From assembly GCA_905195085.1 (NCBI GenBank), contig CAJJUK010000003.1:1-61397 (forward strand): 61,397 nt of DNA. The letters run 5' to 3'. The stretch is from an uncultured Christensenella sp. GTDB lineage: Bacteria > Bacillota > Clostridia > Christensenellales > UBA1242. Of the stretch, positions 21,402-30,231 are shown one piece after another (the first letter of the stretch is position 1; each line of letters begins with the position of its first letter). The notes beneath the pieces are model-generated. The model did not search any database and was not told the origin of the DNA. It was given only the letters and a program-made list of their open reading frames with translations. The translations under genes and the position numbers were made by a program.

Positions 21402-21758
21402 ATGACAAAAAAAGAAAAAATGGTTATGTCATATTTATGTTCAAAGTGTCAACAGAAAAGGACATATCTTATTTCTCCGCAAGAAATTACGCAGGCCTTA
21501 TCAAAAAGGTATGTTCTTTCGGTGGAGGAAATTGACGAGATCATGGTGGAACTTTCGAATGAAAATTATATTGATTTTGTGGTTTCTGATAGCAAAAAAG
21601 GTTATTTTTATTGTGTAAACTTGAAGAAAAGTGGGCAGACATTTAATACAGATACCAGAAAAAACAGAAGAACTTTTGGACTTTTAGTCCTTCGCAGTAT
21701 GTTTTTGGCAACGGTAAGCTTCGTTTTTGGTATGATTTTGAAAGCGATATTTAAATAA
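21402..21758 (+). CDS. small membrane-anchored winged-helix-like protein (paralog of 20922-21344)
   Basis: The ORF opens at TTG 21375. The ATG at 21402 has a weak AAAGG SD. Same architecture as its divergent neighbour: MSYLCSKC...YLISPQEITQAL...IDEIMVELSNENYIDFVV, a basic linker, then the C-terminal TM helix FGLLVLRSMFLATVSFVFGMIL. Confidence 0.55.
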   Translation: MTKKEKMVMSYLCSKCQQKRTYLISPQEITQALSKRYVLSVEEIDEIMVELSNENYIDFVVSDSKKGYFYCVNLKKSGQTFNTDTRKNRRTFGLLVLRSMFLATVSFVFGMILKAIFK

Positions 21759-21832
21759 ATTTGAGAAATGTTGATACAGAGTGACAAAATTTCTGTTTTG
21801 ATGCCTAAATTGTATAGTTTTTTGCCAAAATG

Positions 21833-21841
21833 TGTTAAAAT
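21833..21841 (+). promoter_or_regulatory. extended -10 promoter (TGTTAAAAT) for uvrB; predicts a leaderless mRNA
   Basis: TGT+TAAAAT ends at 21841, and the A of the uvrB ATG is at 21848 (7 nt downstream). No SD in the intervening ACAAGT. Confidence 0.45.
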
Positions 21842-21847
21842 ACAAGT

Positions 21848-23818
21848 ATGGAAGAAAAGTTTGAGTTAAAATCTAAATATAAGCCGGCGGGTGACCAGCC
21901 TGAAGCGATTGATAAACTTGTTGAAGGAATTGAAGATGGTTTGAAAGACCAAGTTTTGCTTGGGGTAACGGGTTCTGGGAAAACCTTTACTATGGCAAAC
22001 ATCATTCAAAAAGTGCAAAAACCTACTCTTGTTATTGCACATAATAAAACTTTGGCCGCTCAGCTTTGCAATGAATTTCGTGAATTTTTTCCAAACAATC
22101 GTGTGGAATATTTTGTTTCATATTATGATTATTATCAACCAGAAGCCTACATTGTTTCAACTGACACATACATCGAAAAAGATATGAGTGTCAATGAAGA
22201 CATTGATAAACTTCGCTCGTCTGCAACATCTTCACTTCTTGAGCGTCGAGACACCATTGTTGTGGCTTCTGTTTCTTGCATCTATGGTTTGGGAAGCCCT
22301 GAAGAATATCACAATTTGCACATCTCATTAAGAGAGGGTGAAGAATATGACAGGGACGATTTGATTAATCATTTGATTGCAATTCAATATACAAGAAATG
22401 ACGTTGATTTTAAGAGAACAACTTTCAGGGTAAAGGGAGATGTTGTTGACATTTTCCCTGCAAACCAAAGTGAAATGGCAATTCGTGTCAGATTTTTTGG
22501 TGACGAAATCGAAAAGATTTTTGAGTTTGATCCCGTCAGTGGAAATTTGCTTAACGAAGTGAGTTATGTGGCAATTTATCCTGCAACACATTATGCTGTA
22601 GGGAGCAACACATTGAAAAACGCCATTGCGGAGATTGAGCAGGACAGAGAAAAGGCAATCAAAAAATTTGAAGCAGAAAACAAACCATTGGAAGCGGAAA
22701 GAATTGGACAGCGTGTGGCCTATGACCTTGAAATGATGAAAGAGGTTGGCTATTGCAGTGGCATTGAAAATTATTCAAGATATTTTGACGGCAGAAAACC
22801 AGGAGAGCCACCTTTCACGCTTATTGATTATTTTCCAAAAGATTTCTTGACTATTATTGATGAAAGTCATATGACACTGCCTCAAATACGTGCAATGTAC
22901 AATGGTGACAGGGCAAGGAAAAATTCATTAGTCGAATATGGATTTCGTTTGGAAGCGGCCAGAGACAACAGACCTTTGAAATTTGATGAGTTTGAAAAGA
23001 GACTTAAGCAGACAATTTATGTTTCTGCAACGCCTGGACCTTACGAACTTGAAAAAGCAGAACAAGTTGTTGAGCAAGTTATCAGACCGACTGGGCTTCT
23101 TGACCCTAAAATTGAACTCAAACCAATCAAAAACCAAATTGAAGTTTTGATGGAAGAGTGCAGAAAGACAATTGAAAGAGGTGCGAGAATCCTTGTCACA
23201 ACGCTGACAAAAAAAATGGCAGAAAGTTTAACGACATATTTGGCGGACAGAGAGTTTAAGGTGAAATATTTGCACTCAGAAATCGACACTATGGAAAGAG
23301 TGGAAATTATCAATGGTTTGAGACAGGGAGAATTTGACATTTTGGTTGGAATCAACCTTTTGAGAGAAGGGCTTGATATGCCTGAAGTTGAACTTGTTTG
23401 CATTTTAGATGCGGACAAAGAGGGTTTTTTGCGTAGTGAAGGTGCTTTGATTCAAACAATTGGAAGGGCGGCAAGAAATGCAAATGGAAGGGTTATCATG
23501 TTTGCCGACACTGTCACAAAATCAATGAAAAATGCAATTGATGAAACAGAAAGACGTCGAAGTTTGCAAGAAGCTTACAATCAAAAGCATGGAATTGTGC
23601 CAAAAACAATTATTAAAGAAGTCAAGAACACCTTGGATATAAGCAAGAAGGTCAGTGAAAATTCAATCGCTAAAAAGGATATCCCAAAAGAAATTGACCG
23701 CTTGACATCTATGATGAAAATCGCATCTTCTCAACTGGATTTTGAAAGAGCAATCGAACTTAGAAACAAGATAAACAACCTTAAGAAACGATTGAATCGC
23801 AAGGATAAGATTGAATAA
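21848..23818 (+). CDS. uvrB: excinuclease ABC subunit B
   Basis: 656 aa. N-terminus [17 protein letters not shown], Walker [11 protein letters not shown], helicase motifs and the C-terminal UVR motif ([13 protein letters not shown]). Confidence 0.95.
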   Translation: MEEKFELKSKYKPAGDQPEAIDKLVEGIEDGLKDQVLLGVTGSGKTFTMANIIQKVQKPTLVIAHNKTLAAQLCNEFREFFPNNRVEYFVSYYDYYQPEAYIVSTDTYIEKDMSVNEDIDKLRSSATSSLLERRDTIVVASVSCIYGLGSPEEYHNLHISLREGEEYDRDDLINHLIAIQYTRNDVDFKRTTFRVKGDVVDIFPANQSEMAIRVRFFGDEIEKIFEFDPVSGNLLNEVSYVAIYPATHYAVGSNTLKNAIAEIEQDREKAIKKFEAENKPLEAERIGQRVAYDLEMMKEVGYCSGIENYSRYFDGRKPGEPPFTLIDYFPKDFLTIIDESHMTLPQIRAMYNGDRARKNSLVEYGFRLEAARDNRPLKFDEFEKRLKQTIYVSATPGPYELEKAEQVVEQVIRPTGLLDPKIELKPIKNQIEVLMEECRKTIERGARILVTTLTKKMAESLTTYLADREFKVKYLHSEIDTMERVEIINGLRQGEFDILVGINLLREGLDMPEVELVCILDADKEGFLRSEGALIQTIGRAARNANGRVIMFADTVTKSMKNAIDETERRRSLQEAYNQKHGIVPKTIIKEVKNTLDISKKVSENSIAKKDIPKEIDRLTSMMKIASSQLDFERAIELRNKINNLKKRLNRKDKIE

Positions 23819-23842
23819 GAAAATTGTAAATAATTTTAAATG

Positions 23843-23879
23843 AAAATAACCAACAAAATATGGGTTATTTTCTTTTTTG
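23843..23879 (+). terminator. intrinsic terminator after uvrB
   Basis: AAAATAACC...GGTTATTTT hairpin (10-nt loop) followed by TCTTTTTTG. Confidence 0.55.
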
Positions 23880-23894
23880 TTATTTATTTTATAC

Positions 23895-23923
23895 TTGTTA
23901 AGTGTGTGATTTTGTGGTATAAT
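23895..23923 (+). promoter_or_regulatory. sigma-70-type promoter for uvrA
   Basis: TTGTTA, a 17-nt spacer, then TGG+TATAAT (extended -10). About 30 nt upstream of the uvrA start. Confidence 0.55.
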
Positions 23924-23952
23924 AATATGAAATTATTTTGAATGGAGTAAAA

Positions 23953-26772
23953 ATGAAAAATTCTATCATAATTAAAGGTGCAAAAGAAAACAATCTTAAA
24001 AATGTCAGTCTTGAACTGCCAAGAGACAAATTCATTGTCTTTACTGGTGTCAGTGGTTCGGGCAAATCATCATTGGCTTTTGGAACTATTTTTGCTGAAG
24101 GACAAAGACGCTATATTGAAAGTTTGTCTTCTTATGCTCGTCAATTTTTGGGAGCGGCTCAAAAGCCAGACGTGGAAGTTATTGAAGGGCTTTCTCCTGC
24201 AATTTCAATTGATCAAAAAACAACAAACAGAAACCCTCGTTCGACGGTTGGAACTGTGACAGAGATTTATGATTATTTGCGTTTGCTTTTTGCTCGTGTT
24301 GGAACTCCATATTGTCCACATTGCAACAGAGAAGTTAAACAGCAAACAGTTGACCAAATTGTTGACACTATCAAAGAACTTGGAGAAGGTGCAAAAATCA
24401 CTGTGCTTGCTCCAGTTATCCGTGGTCAAAAAGGTAGACATGAAAAACTTTTGGAATCTCTCAAAAGAAGTGGCTATGTCCGTGTTGAAGTAGACGGAAA
24501 TGTTTTCACATTAGATGAAACGATTTCCCTTGACAAAAACATCAAACATAACATCAATGTTGTTATCGACAGAATAACTTTGAAAGAAGGAAAAGACACA
24601 AGACTTGCAGGTAGTTTGGAAACCGCATTGAAATTGGCCGATGGTTTGGTTGTTGTTGCGACTGACGACAAAAGAGAATTATATTCAACCAACTATGCCT
24701 GTCCAGAATGTGGTTGGACTTTGGAAGAAATCACACCAAGATTGTTCTCATTCAATGCTCCATACGGAGCCTGCCCAAATTGTACGGGACTTGGTTACAC
24801 ACTTGACATTGATGAAGGTATTGTGCTTAAAAATTCAAATTTGTCCATCAATCAAGGTGCATTTAATTTGACTGGCTGGAGAATGGAAGAAGGTTCCATG
24901 GCAAAGGCATATTTTGTTGCATTGTCGAAGGCATTTGACATAGATTTGGACAAACCTGTCAATGAACTTTCGAAGGATAAAATAAAAATTTTGCTTTACG
25001 GCTCAGGCAGTGAAAAGATTGATGTTGAAGTTGACAATGAACACGGAAAGAGAATGATTTCTGTGGTCTTTGAAGGGATTGTCAACAATCTCAGAAGAAG
25101 ATATAAAGAAACAACAAGTGAATATGTCAAATTTGAAATTGGAAGATTTATGAGAGAGCAAACTTGCAGTGTCTGTCATGGCAAACGTTTGAATGAATCT
25201 GCTCTTTCTGTGAAAATAAACAGAAAGGACATTGACGACTATTGCAGTCAAAGTGTCAGAAATTTGATTCCAATTTTTGAAAATTTGAATTTAAATAAGG
25301 TCAAAACACAAATTGCTGAACCTATTTTGAAAGAAATTTTGGCCAGACTTAACTTCTTGCAAGATGTTGGACTTTCTTATTTGACATTAAATCGTTCTGC
25401 AGAAAGTTTGTCAGGTGGCGAAGCACAAAGAATCAGGTTGGCAACTCAAATTGGAAGCGGACTTGTTGGTGTTTTGTATATTTTGGATGAACCTTCAATT
25501 GGTCTTCATCAAAGAGATAATGAAAAACTTCTCAACACGCTCAAAAAATTGAAGGATCTCGGAAACACTTTGATTGTTGTTGAACATGATGAGGACACCA
25601 TCAGGGCGGCAGATTATTTGGTTGATGTTGGCCCTTATGCAGGTGTGCATGGTGGAGAGATTGTTGCTTGCGGGACTGTGGAACAAGTTTTGAAGAACAA
25701 AAATTCAATCACTGCAAAATTTTTGAGAGGTGATGAAAAAATTGAGATTCCGGCGACAAGAAGAAAACCAAAGGACTTTTTGACAATTGTTGGGGCAAGA
25801 GAAAACAATCTCAAAAACATTGATGTGAAAATTCCAACTGGAATTTTGACTGTTGTCACAGGTGTTTCTGGAAGCGGAAAGTCAAGTTTGGTTAATGGAA
25901 TTTTGTTCCCTTATCTTTCAAATCTTTTGAACAACAGCAAACTTGAACTTGGAAAATTTAAAGAAATCAAGAATGTCGAAGTCTTGGACAAGGTTATCAA
26001 CATTGACCAAGCACCAATTGGAAGAACTCCAAGAAGCAACCCTGCAACTTACACTGGTGTGTTTACTGCAATCAGAGATTTGTTTGCAGCAACACCAGAT
26101 GCAAAAGCCCGTGGATTTAATTCTGGAAGATTCAGTTTCAACATCAAAGGAGGAAGATGTGAGGCTTGTGAAGGGGCTGGTGTGAAAGAAATTGAGATGT
26201 ATTTCTTGCCTGACATCACTGTTCCTTGTGAAGTTTGCCATGGGAAGAGATACAATCGTGAAACCCTTGAAGTGAAATACAAAGGTAAAACAATCAGCGA
26301 TGTGCTTGACATGACAGTTGAAGAGGCTTTGAAATTTTTTGAAAACATTCCTTCAATTAAAAACAAAATTCAAGCACTTTATGATGTTGGTCTTTCTTAC
26401 ATCAAACTTGGTCAACCTGCGACCACTTTGTCAGGTGGCGAGGCACAAAGAGTTAAACTTGCAACAGAACTTTCAAGAAAGGACACCGGAAAGACGATGT
26501 ATATTTTGGATGAGCCAACAACTGGACTTCATATGTATGATGTGAAGAAGTTGATTGCCATTCTTGAACGTTTGATTGGAAACGGAAATTCTGTTGTTGT
26601 CATTGAGCACAATCTTGATGTCATTAAGTGTGCTGATTACATCATCGACATTGGACCGGAAGGTGGAGATGAGGGAGGAACGATTGTTGCGACTGGAACT
26701 CCTGAAGAAATTGCTGAGTGCGAAAGAAGTTGGACAGGAAAATTCTTAAAGAAAATTTTGGAAAATAAATAG
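23953..26772 (+). CDS. uvrA: excinuclease ABC subunit A
   Basis: Conserved start MKNSIIIKGAKENNLKNV preceded by GGAG (the ORF opens earlier at TTG 23938). Two ABC modules (GVSGSGKSSLAF; GVSGSGKSSLVN), LSGGEAQR signature twice, zinc-finger Cys pairs (CPHC, CPEC...CPNC, CEAC...CEVC). Confidence 0.95.
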   Translation: MKNSIIIKGAKENNLKNVSLELPRDKFIVFTGVSGSGKSSLAFGTIFAEGQRRYIESLSSYARQFLGAAQKPDVEVIEGLSPAISIDQKTTNRNPRSTVGTVTEIYDYLRLLFARVGTPYCPHCNREVKQQTVDQIVDTIKELGEGAKITVLAPVIRGQKGRHEKLLESLKRSGYVRVEVDGNVFTLDETISLDKNIKHNINVVIDRITLKEGKDTRLAGSLETALKLADGLVVVATDDKRELYSTNYACPECGWTLEEITPRLFSFNAPYGACPNCTGLGYTLDIDEGIVLKNSNLSINQGAFNLTGWRMEEGSMAKAYFVALSKAFDIDLDKPVNELSKDKIKILLYGSGSEKIDVEVDNEHGKRMISVVFEGIVNNLRRRYKETTSEYVKFEIGRFMREQTCSVCHGKRLNESALSVKINRKDIDDYCSQSVRNLIPIFENLNLNKVKTQIAEPILKEILARLNFLQDVGLSYLTLNRSAESLSGGEAQRIRLATQIGSGLVGVLYILDEPSIGLHQRDNEKLLNTLKKLKDLGNTLIVVEHDEDTIRAADYLVDVGPYAGVHGGEIVACGTVEQVLKNKNSITAKFLRGDEKIEIPATRRKPKDFLTIVGARENNLKNIDVKIPTGILTVVTGVSGSGKSSLVNGILFPYLSNLLNNSKLELGKFKEIKNVEVLDKVINIDQAPIGRTPRSNPATYTGVFTAIRDLFAATPDAKARGFNSGRFSFNIKGGRCEACEGAGVKEIEMYFLPDITVPCEVCHGKRYNRETLEVKYKGKTISDVLDMTVEEALKFFENIPSIKNKIQALYDVGLSYIKLGQPATTLSGGEAQRVKLATELSRKDTGKTMYILDEPTTGLHMYDVKKLIAILERLIGNGNSVVVIEHNLDVIKCADYIIDIGPEGGDEGGTIVATGTPEEIAECERSWTGKFLKKILENK

Positions 26773-26802
26773 GGGCTTAAAAAATGTTTTTTCAAGAGAA
26801 TC

Positions 26803-26834
26803 AATCATGCAGTGATTTTGCATGATTTTTCTTT
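26803..26834 (+). terminator. intrinsic terminator after uvrA
   Basis: AATCATGC-(9 nt)-GCATGATT followed by a T-rich run. Confidence 0.5.
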
Positions 26835-26855
26835 GTTTTGGCTGTCATAAGAAAA

Positions 26856-26885
26856 TTGACAATTGATAATGAAATGTTGTAAAAT
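26856..26885 (+). promoter_or_regulatory. sigma-70-type promoter for the MBL hydrolase gene; near-leaderless
   Basis: TTGACA, an 18-nt spacer, then TAAAAT ending at 26885. ATG at 26895, no SD in between. Confidence 0.45.
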
Positions 26886-26894
26886 ATATGCACA

Positions 26895-27680
26895 ATGAGA
26901 GTGATTAATTTGTCATCAGGAAGTGACGGAAATTTGACATATGTTGAAACTGACAACGCCCGAATTTTGGTCGATGATGGTCTTTCATGCAAAGAAACTC
27001 AAAACCGCCTTTCAATGATTGGAATTGACGGGAATCAGATTGATGGAATTGTTATCACTCACGAACACGTTGACCACATCAAAGGGGTTGATGTTTTCAG
27101 CAGAAAGTTCAACATTCCTGTTTATGCTCATGACGAAGTTTGGGCGGGGCTCTATGACAAACTGCAAAAAGTTCCTGACAAAAATAAAAAGATTTTCACT
27201 GACACTTTTGCTGTCAAAGATTTGGTTATCTCTCCGATTGAAGTTCCACATGATGTCAAGTGTTTTGGTTTTTCAATTTCTGAGGATAACAAAAAAATCA
27301 GCATTCTGACTGACCTTGGGCACACAGATGAAAGAATATTGAAAGGTGTTCAGGGAAGTCAACTTATCTATTTGGAAGCAAATCACGACATCAATATGCT
27401 CAAAAATTGCGCGAAGTATCCTCTGACTTTGAAAATGCGTATTGCCGGAAAGAATGGTCACTTGTCAAATGATGCGTCGGCCGATTTTATTGAAAAACTT
27501 GTCACGACCGGGACAAGACAAATTGTTCTGTCTCATTTAAGCAAGGAAAACAACACGCCAGAGTTGGCATTCAATTACATATCTTCCAAATTGGCAGACA
27601 AGGGACTGATTGAAGGAGAAACTTTCAAAATTGATGTGGCATTGACAAGACCGACAACTTTGTTTAAATTGAAAAAATAA
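26895..27680 (+). CDS. MBL-fold metallo-hydrolase (YycJ/WalJ-like)
   Basis: 261 aa. N-terminus MRVINLSSGSDGNLTYVE, HxHxDH motif ITHEHVDHIKG, C-terminal LSHLSKENN typical of YycJ-like proteins. Confidence 0.8.
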   Translation: MRVINLSSGSDGNLTYVETDNARILVDDGLSCKETQNRLSMIGIDGNQIDGIVITHEHVDHIKGVDVFSRKFNIPVYAHDEVWAGLYDKLQKVPDKNKKIFTDTFAVKDLVISPIEVPHDVKCFGFSISEDNKKISILTDLGHTDERILKGVQGSQLIYLEANHDINMLKNCAKYPLTLKMRIAGKNGHLSNDASADFIEKLVTTGTRQIVLSHLSKENNTPELAFNYISSKLADKGLIEGETFKIDVALTRPTTLFKLKK

Positions 27681-27688
27681 AAATGAAA

Positions 27689-27720
27689 AAGGCATGAGAT
27701 GTGTTCATGCCTTATTTTAT
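27689..27720. terminator. bidirectional intrinsic terminator (MBL gene / radC paralog 2)
   Basis: AAGGCATGA-GATGTGT-TCATGCCTT hairpin followed by ATTTTATT. The hairpin overlaps the stop of the convergent minus-strand gene. Confidence 0.65.
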
Positions 27721-28452
27721 TGATGATGTATCCAGAAAATCTATCATGTTTTCTTCGTCAAAATTTTCTATGAAACCATCGTTACGTTCGCTGTAAATTC
27801 CGTCTTCTCCAACAATGAAACTGTCCAGAAGTTTGCAATCAACATTTTGCAAGAGTTGTTCAATGTATTTGACCGCTTGATGGTCGTCCTTAGATGGCTC
27901 TGCTGTTCCGTGTGGGTGGTTGTGCGCAACTGCAAGATATGTCGCTTTGGTTGAAGAGATGTAGTTATATAAATCCATTGGTTGAATTCCAACTTGTCTA
28001 ACTTTGTTTAGGTCATAACTGCGTTTTTGGAGAAGTTTGAAACTGTGATCTATGGCAAAGATATAAAGGTTTTCTGTTTCTTCAAATCTCAAAAGACCAC
28101 TTAAGAATCTGTAAAACTCGCGATTGTTCTTCAAACTTATTCTCTTTTTCATTCTAACAAAAGGATAATATGTGAAGAAACCACGTATCATCTTGATTCT
28201 TTTTGCACTACGGTCGTTGATGCCGTCAATTTTTATTAGTTCATTATAGTCCGCATCAACAATATTTGCGAAATTTCCAAAACGATTCAGGAGTGTGTGA
28301 GCAAGTGGGTTGACATCACCACGAGGAAAAACATATGTCAAGAAGTATTCAACCGCTTGAACTTCACTGACATTTTCCAGTCCAACATTGTAAACAAGAT
28401 TTAACAATCTTTCACGATGTCCTTCGTGTGATATTTTTTCTTTCTTTTTCAT
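27712..28452 (-). CDS. radC: RadC-family protein (HhH N-domain + JAB/MPN domain), paralog 2
   Basis: 246 aa, the same length as paralog 1. HEGHRERLL...FPRGDVNPLAHTLL...IDGINDRSAKRI and canonical JAB motif AHNHPHGTAEPSKDD. Starts 6 nt after the fba stop, so it is probably co-transcribed. Confidence 0.8.
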   Translation of the reverse strand: MKKKEKISHEGHRERLLNLVYNVGLENVSEVQAVEYFLTYVFPRGDVNPLAHTLLNRFGNFANIVDADYNELIKIDGINDRSAKRIKMIRGFFTYYPFVRMKKRISLKNNREFYRFLSGLLRFEETENLYIFAIDHSFKLLQKRSYDLNKVRQVGIQPMDLYNYISSTKATYLAVAHNHPHGTAEPSKDDHQAVKYIEQLLQNVDCKLLDSFIVGEDGIYSERNDGFIENFDEENMIDFLDTSSIK

Positions 28453-28458
28453 TTTAGA

Positions 28459-29382
28459 TTATATTCTGTTGCTGTTTTTGAAAACCTTTTTGTTCTTTTC
28501 TGCAACCATGTTTGCGATTTCTTCAATTGCCAAAGTGTTTGGTTTTCTAATATCAAAATTTTTTGGATTTTCTTTCAGGTGTTTTCTTAAAGTTGCCATG
28601 TAAGCCAGGCGAATGTCTGTGTCGCAGTTGATTTTGTAGATGTGATGTTTTGAGGCAGCCGTTGCCAAGAATCTTTCTGGAATTCCAACTGCACCAGTCA
28701 TATCTCCACCATATTCATTTATTGTTTCGACATATTTTTGTGGCACGCTTGATGCTCCATGCAAAACAAGTGGGGTGTTTGGAATTTCTTTCTCAATTTG
28801 CTTCAAGATGTCAAAACGCAACTTTTGTTCGCCTTTGAATTTGTAAGCGCCGTGGCTTGTGCCTATGGCAACAGCCAAAGTGTCGCAACCTGTTTTTTCA
28901 ACAAATTCTTTTGCACTTTTTGGGTCGGTGTAGATGTTCTTTTCTGCACTTACTGTGTCTTCAACTCCGGCCAAGACTCCAAGTTCTGCTTCAACAAACA
29001 CACCTTTTTTATGAGCATAACTGACCACTTTTTTTGTTAATTTGATGTTGTCTTCAAAGGATAAAGCACTTCCATCAATCATAACACTATCAAACCCCAA
29101 ATCAACAGCTTTTTTGCAGACCTCATAACTTTTTCCGTGGTCAAGATGCAAAAAGATTGGAAGTTTGTATGTCTTTTTTGCACTGTCAAACAAGGATTTT
29201 ACAAAGTTTTCTCCCATATATGACAATGCGCCTTCACTGACTGACACTAATGCTGGAGATTGGCTTTTTTTGCAACCTTCACATATTGCCTTCAGTGTTT
29301 CCATATTAATGAAATTGTATGCACCAAGACAATAGCCATTTTTGTTGCAATCTTTGAAATAATATTTTAATGTTTTCATCAA
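28459..29382 (-). CDS. fba: class II fructose-1,6-bisphosphate aldolase
   Basis: 307 aa. Motifs FLHLDHG, AIGTSHGAYKF, LVLHGASSVP, KINCDTD. AAGAGG SD 8 nt before the ATG. Confidence 0.9.
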   Translation of the reverse strand: MMKTLKYYFKDCNKNGYCLGAYNFINMETLKAICEGCKKSQSPALVSVSEGALSYMGENFVKSLFDSAKKTYKLPIFLHLDHGKSYEVCKKAVDLGFDSVMIDGSALSFEDNIKLTKKVVSYAHKKGVFVEAELGVLAGVEDTVSAEKNIYTDPKSAKEFVEKTGCDTLAVAIGTSHGAYKFKGEQKLRFDILKQIEKEIPNTPLVLHGASSVPQKYVETINEYGGDMTGAVGIPERFLATAASKHHIYKINCDTDIRLAYMATLRKHLKENPKNFDIRKPNTLAIEEIANMVAEKNKKVFKNSNRI

Positions 29383-29471
29383 TAATACCTCTTTTTCTAC
29401 ATTATTTTAACACATTTTGCAATTTTAACAAACATATTAATGAAATATGATAAATATTTTGTGAGGTGACT

Positions 29472-30140
29472 ATGAAAAAGAAAATTGTGCTTATGTTGAT
29501 GCTGGTCTGTGTAGGTTTGACTTGTTTTGCCTGCGGGAAAACGACGGTAAATCATGTCAAAGATAATATGTCAGAACTTTCAAAGGTCTATTATTTTGGA
29601 GAAACAGACGGATTTTATTGCTCGTTGTCTTCTGGACAAAGGGAGAAGGACTATCTTTTGAATGGAAAAAGTGGAGAGAGTGTTGATTTTGCTCTCTTAA
29701 GTTTGAATTTGACAAATCCTATTTCTTCAAAAGTGATTAAGGCGACAATCTCAATTGATGGACAGGCAAGCGAAGTGGAACTTGAAATCAATTCTTTGAA
29801 CAGTGCTTATTTAGTAGATTTGGAAAAAGAACTTTCTGGCAATGAACAAATTTCTGTTGTTTACGAAGGGATAACCTTGAATCTTGAATGTCTTTCTTCG
29901 AACTTTGTCGTGGATTACAACAAGGCGCTTGAAATTGCAAGCATTGAGATGGAAGACAAGATAACCGCAAAAAAGACATATGCGGGACTTAATGCTGAAT
30001 GTTATTTGAGAGTTTTGGACAAGAAAGCGAACAACTTTGATGGTGTTTTCTGGTGTTTTACTGTTTTGAATGTGGACAATGAAAATTATTCAATCATAAT
30101 TTCAACAGAAGATGGTTCGGTTCTTGCAAAATCTGAATAA
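29472..30140 (+). CDS. small lipoprotein, function unknown
   Basis: GAGGTG SD, then ATG 29472. MKKKIVLMLMLVCVGLTCFACG is a signal peptide with a lipobox-like Cys. The C-terminal part loosely resembles a PepSY-type fold (weak). Confidence 0.65.
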   Translation: MKKKIVLMLMLVCVGLTCFACGKTTVNHVKDNMSELSKVYYFGETDGFYCSLSSGQREKDYLLNGKSGESVDFALLSLNLTNPISSKVIKATISIDGQASEVELEINSLNSAYLVDLEKELSGNEQISVVYEGITLNLECLSSNFVVDYNKALEIASIEMEDKITAKKTYAGLNAECYLRVLDKKANNFDGVFWCFTVLNVDNENYSIIISTEDGSVLAKSE

Positions 30141-30155
30141 ATCAATAAAAATGAG

Positions 30156-30186
30156 AAATAAAGGCTCTTTTGTCTTTATTTTTTTG
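30156..30186 (+). terminator. weak AT-rich intrinsic terminator after the lipoprotein gene
   Basis: AAATAAAGGC-(6 nt)-GTCTTTATTT followed by TTTTT. Confidence 0.4.
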
Positions 30187-30197
30187 TTGTATAGATT

Positions 30198-30225
30198 TTG
30201 AATTTGTTCAAAATGTTGGTATAAT
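30198..30225 (+). promoter_or_regulatory. sigma-70-type promoter for hflX; predicts a leaderless mRNA
   Basis: TTGAAT, a 16-nt spacer, then TGG+TATAAT ending at 30225. The A of the hflX ATG is at 30232 (7 nt downstream). No SD. Confidence 0.5.
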
Positions 30226-30231
30226 CATCTT

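Noticed and set aside
21759-23952. SOS (Cheo/LexA) boxes upstream of uvrB and uvrA
   Set aside because: No GAAC-N4-GTTC-type palindrome is visible in either upstream region, so I make no claim of SOS control.
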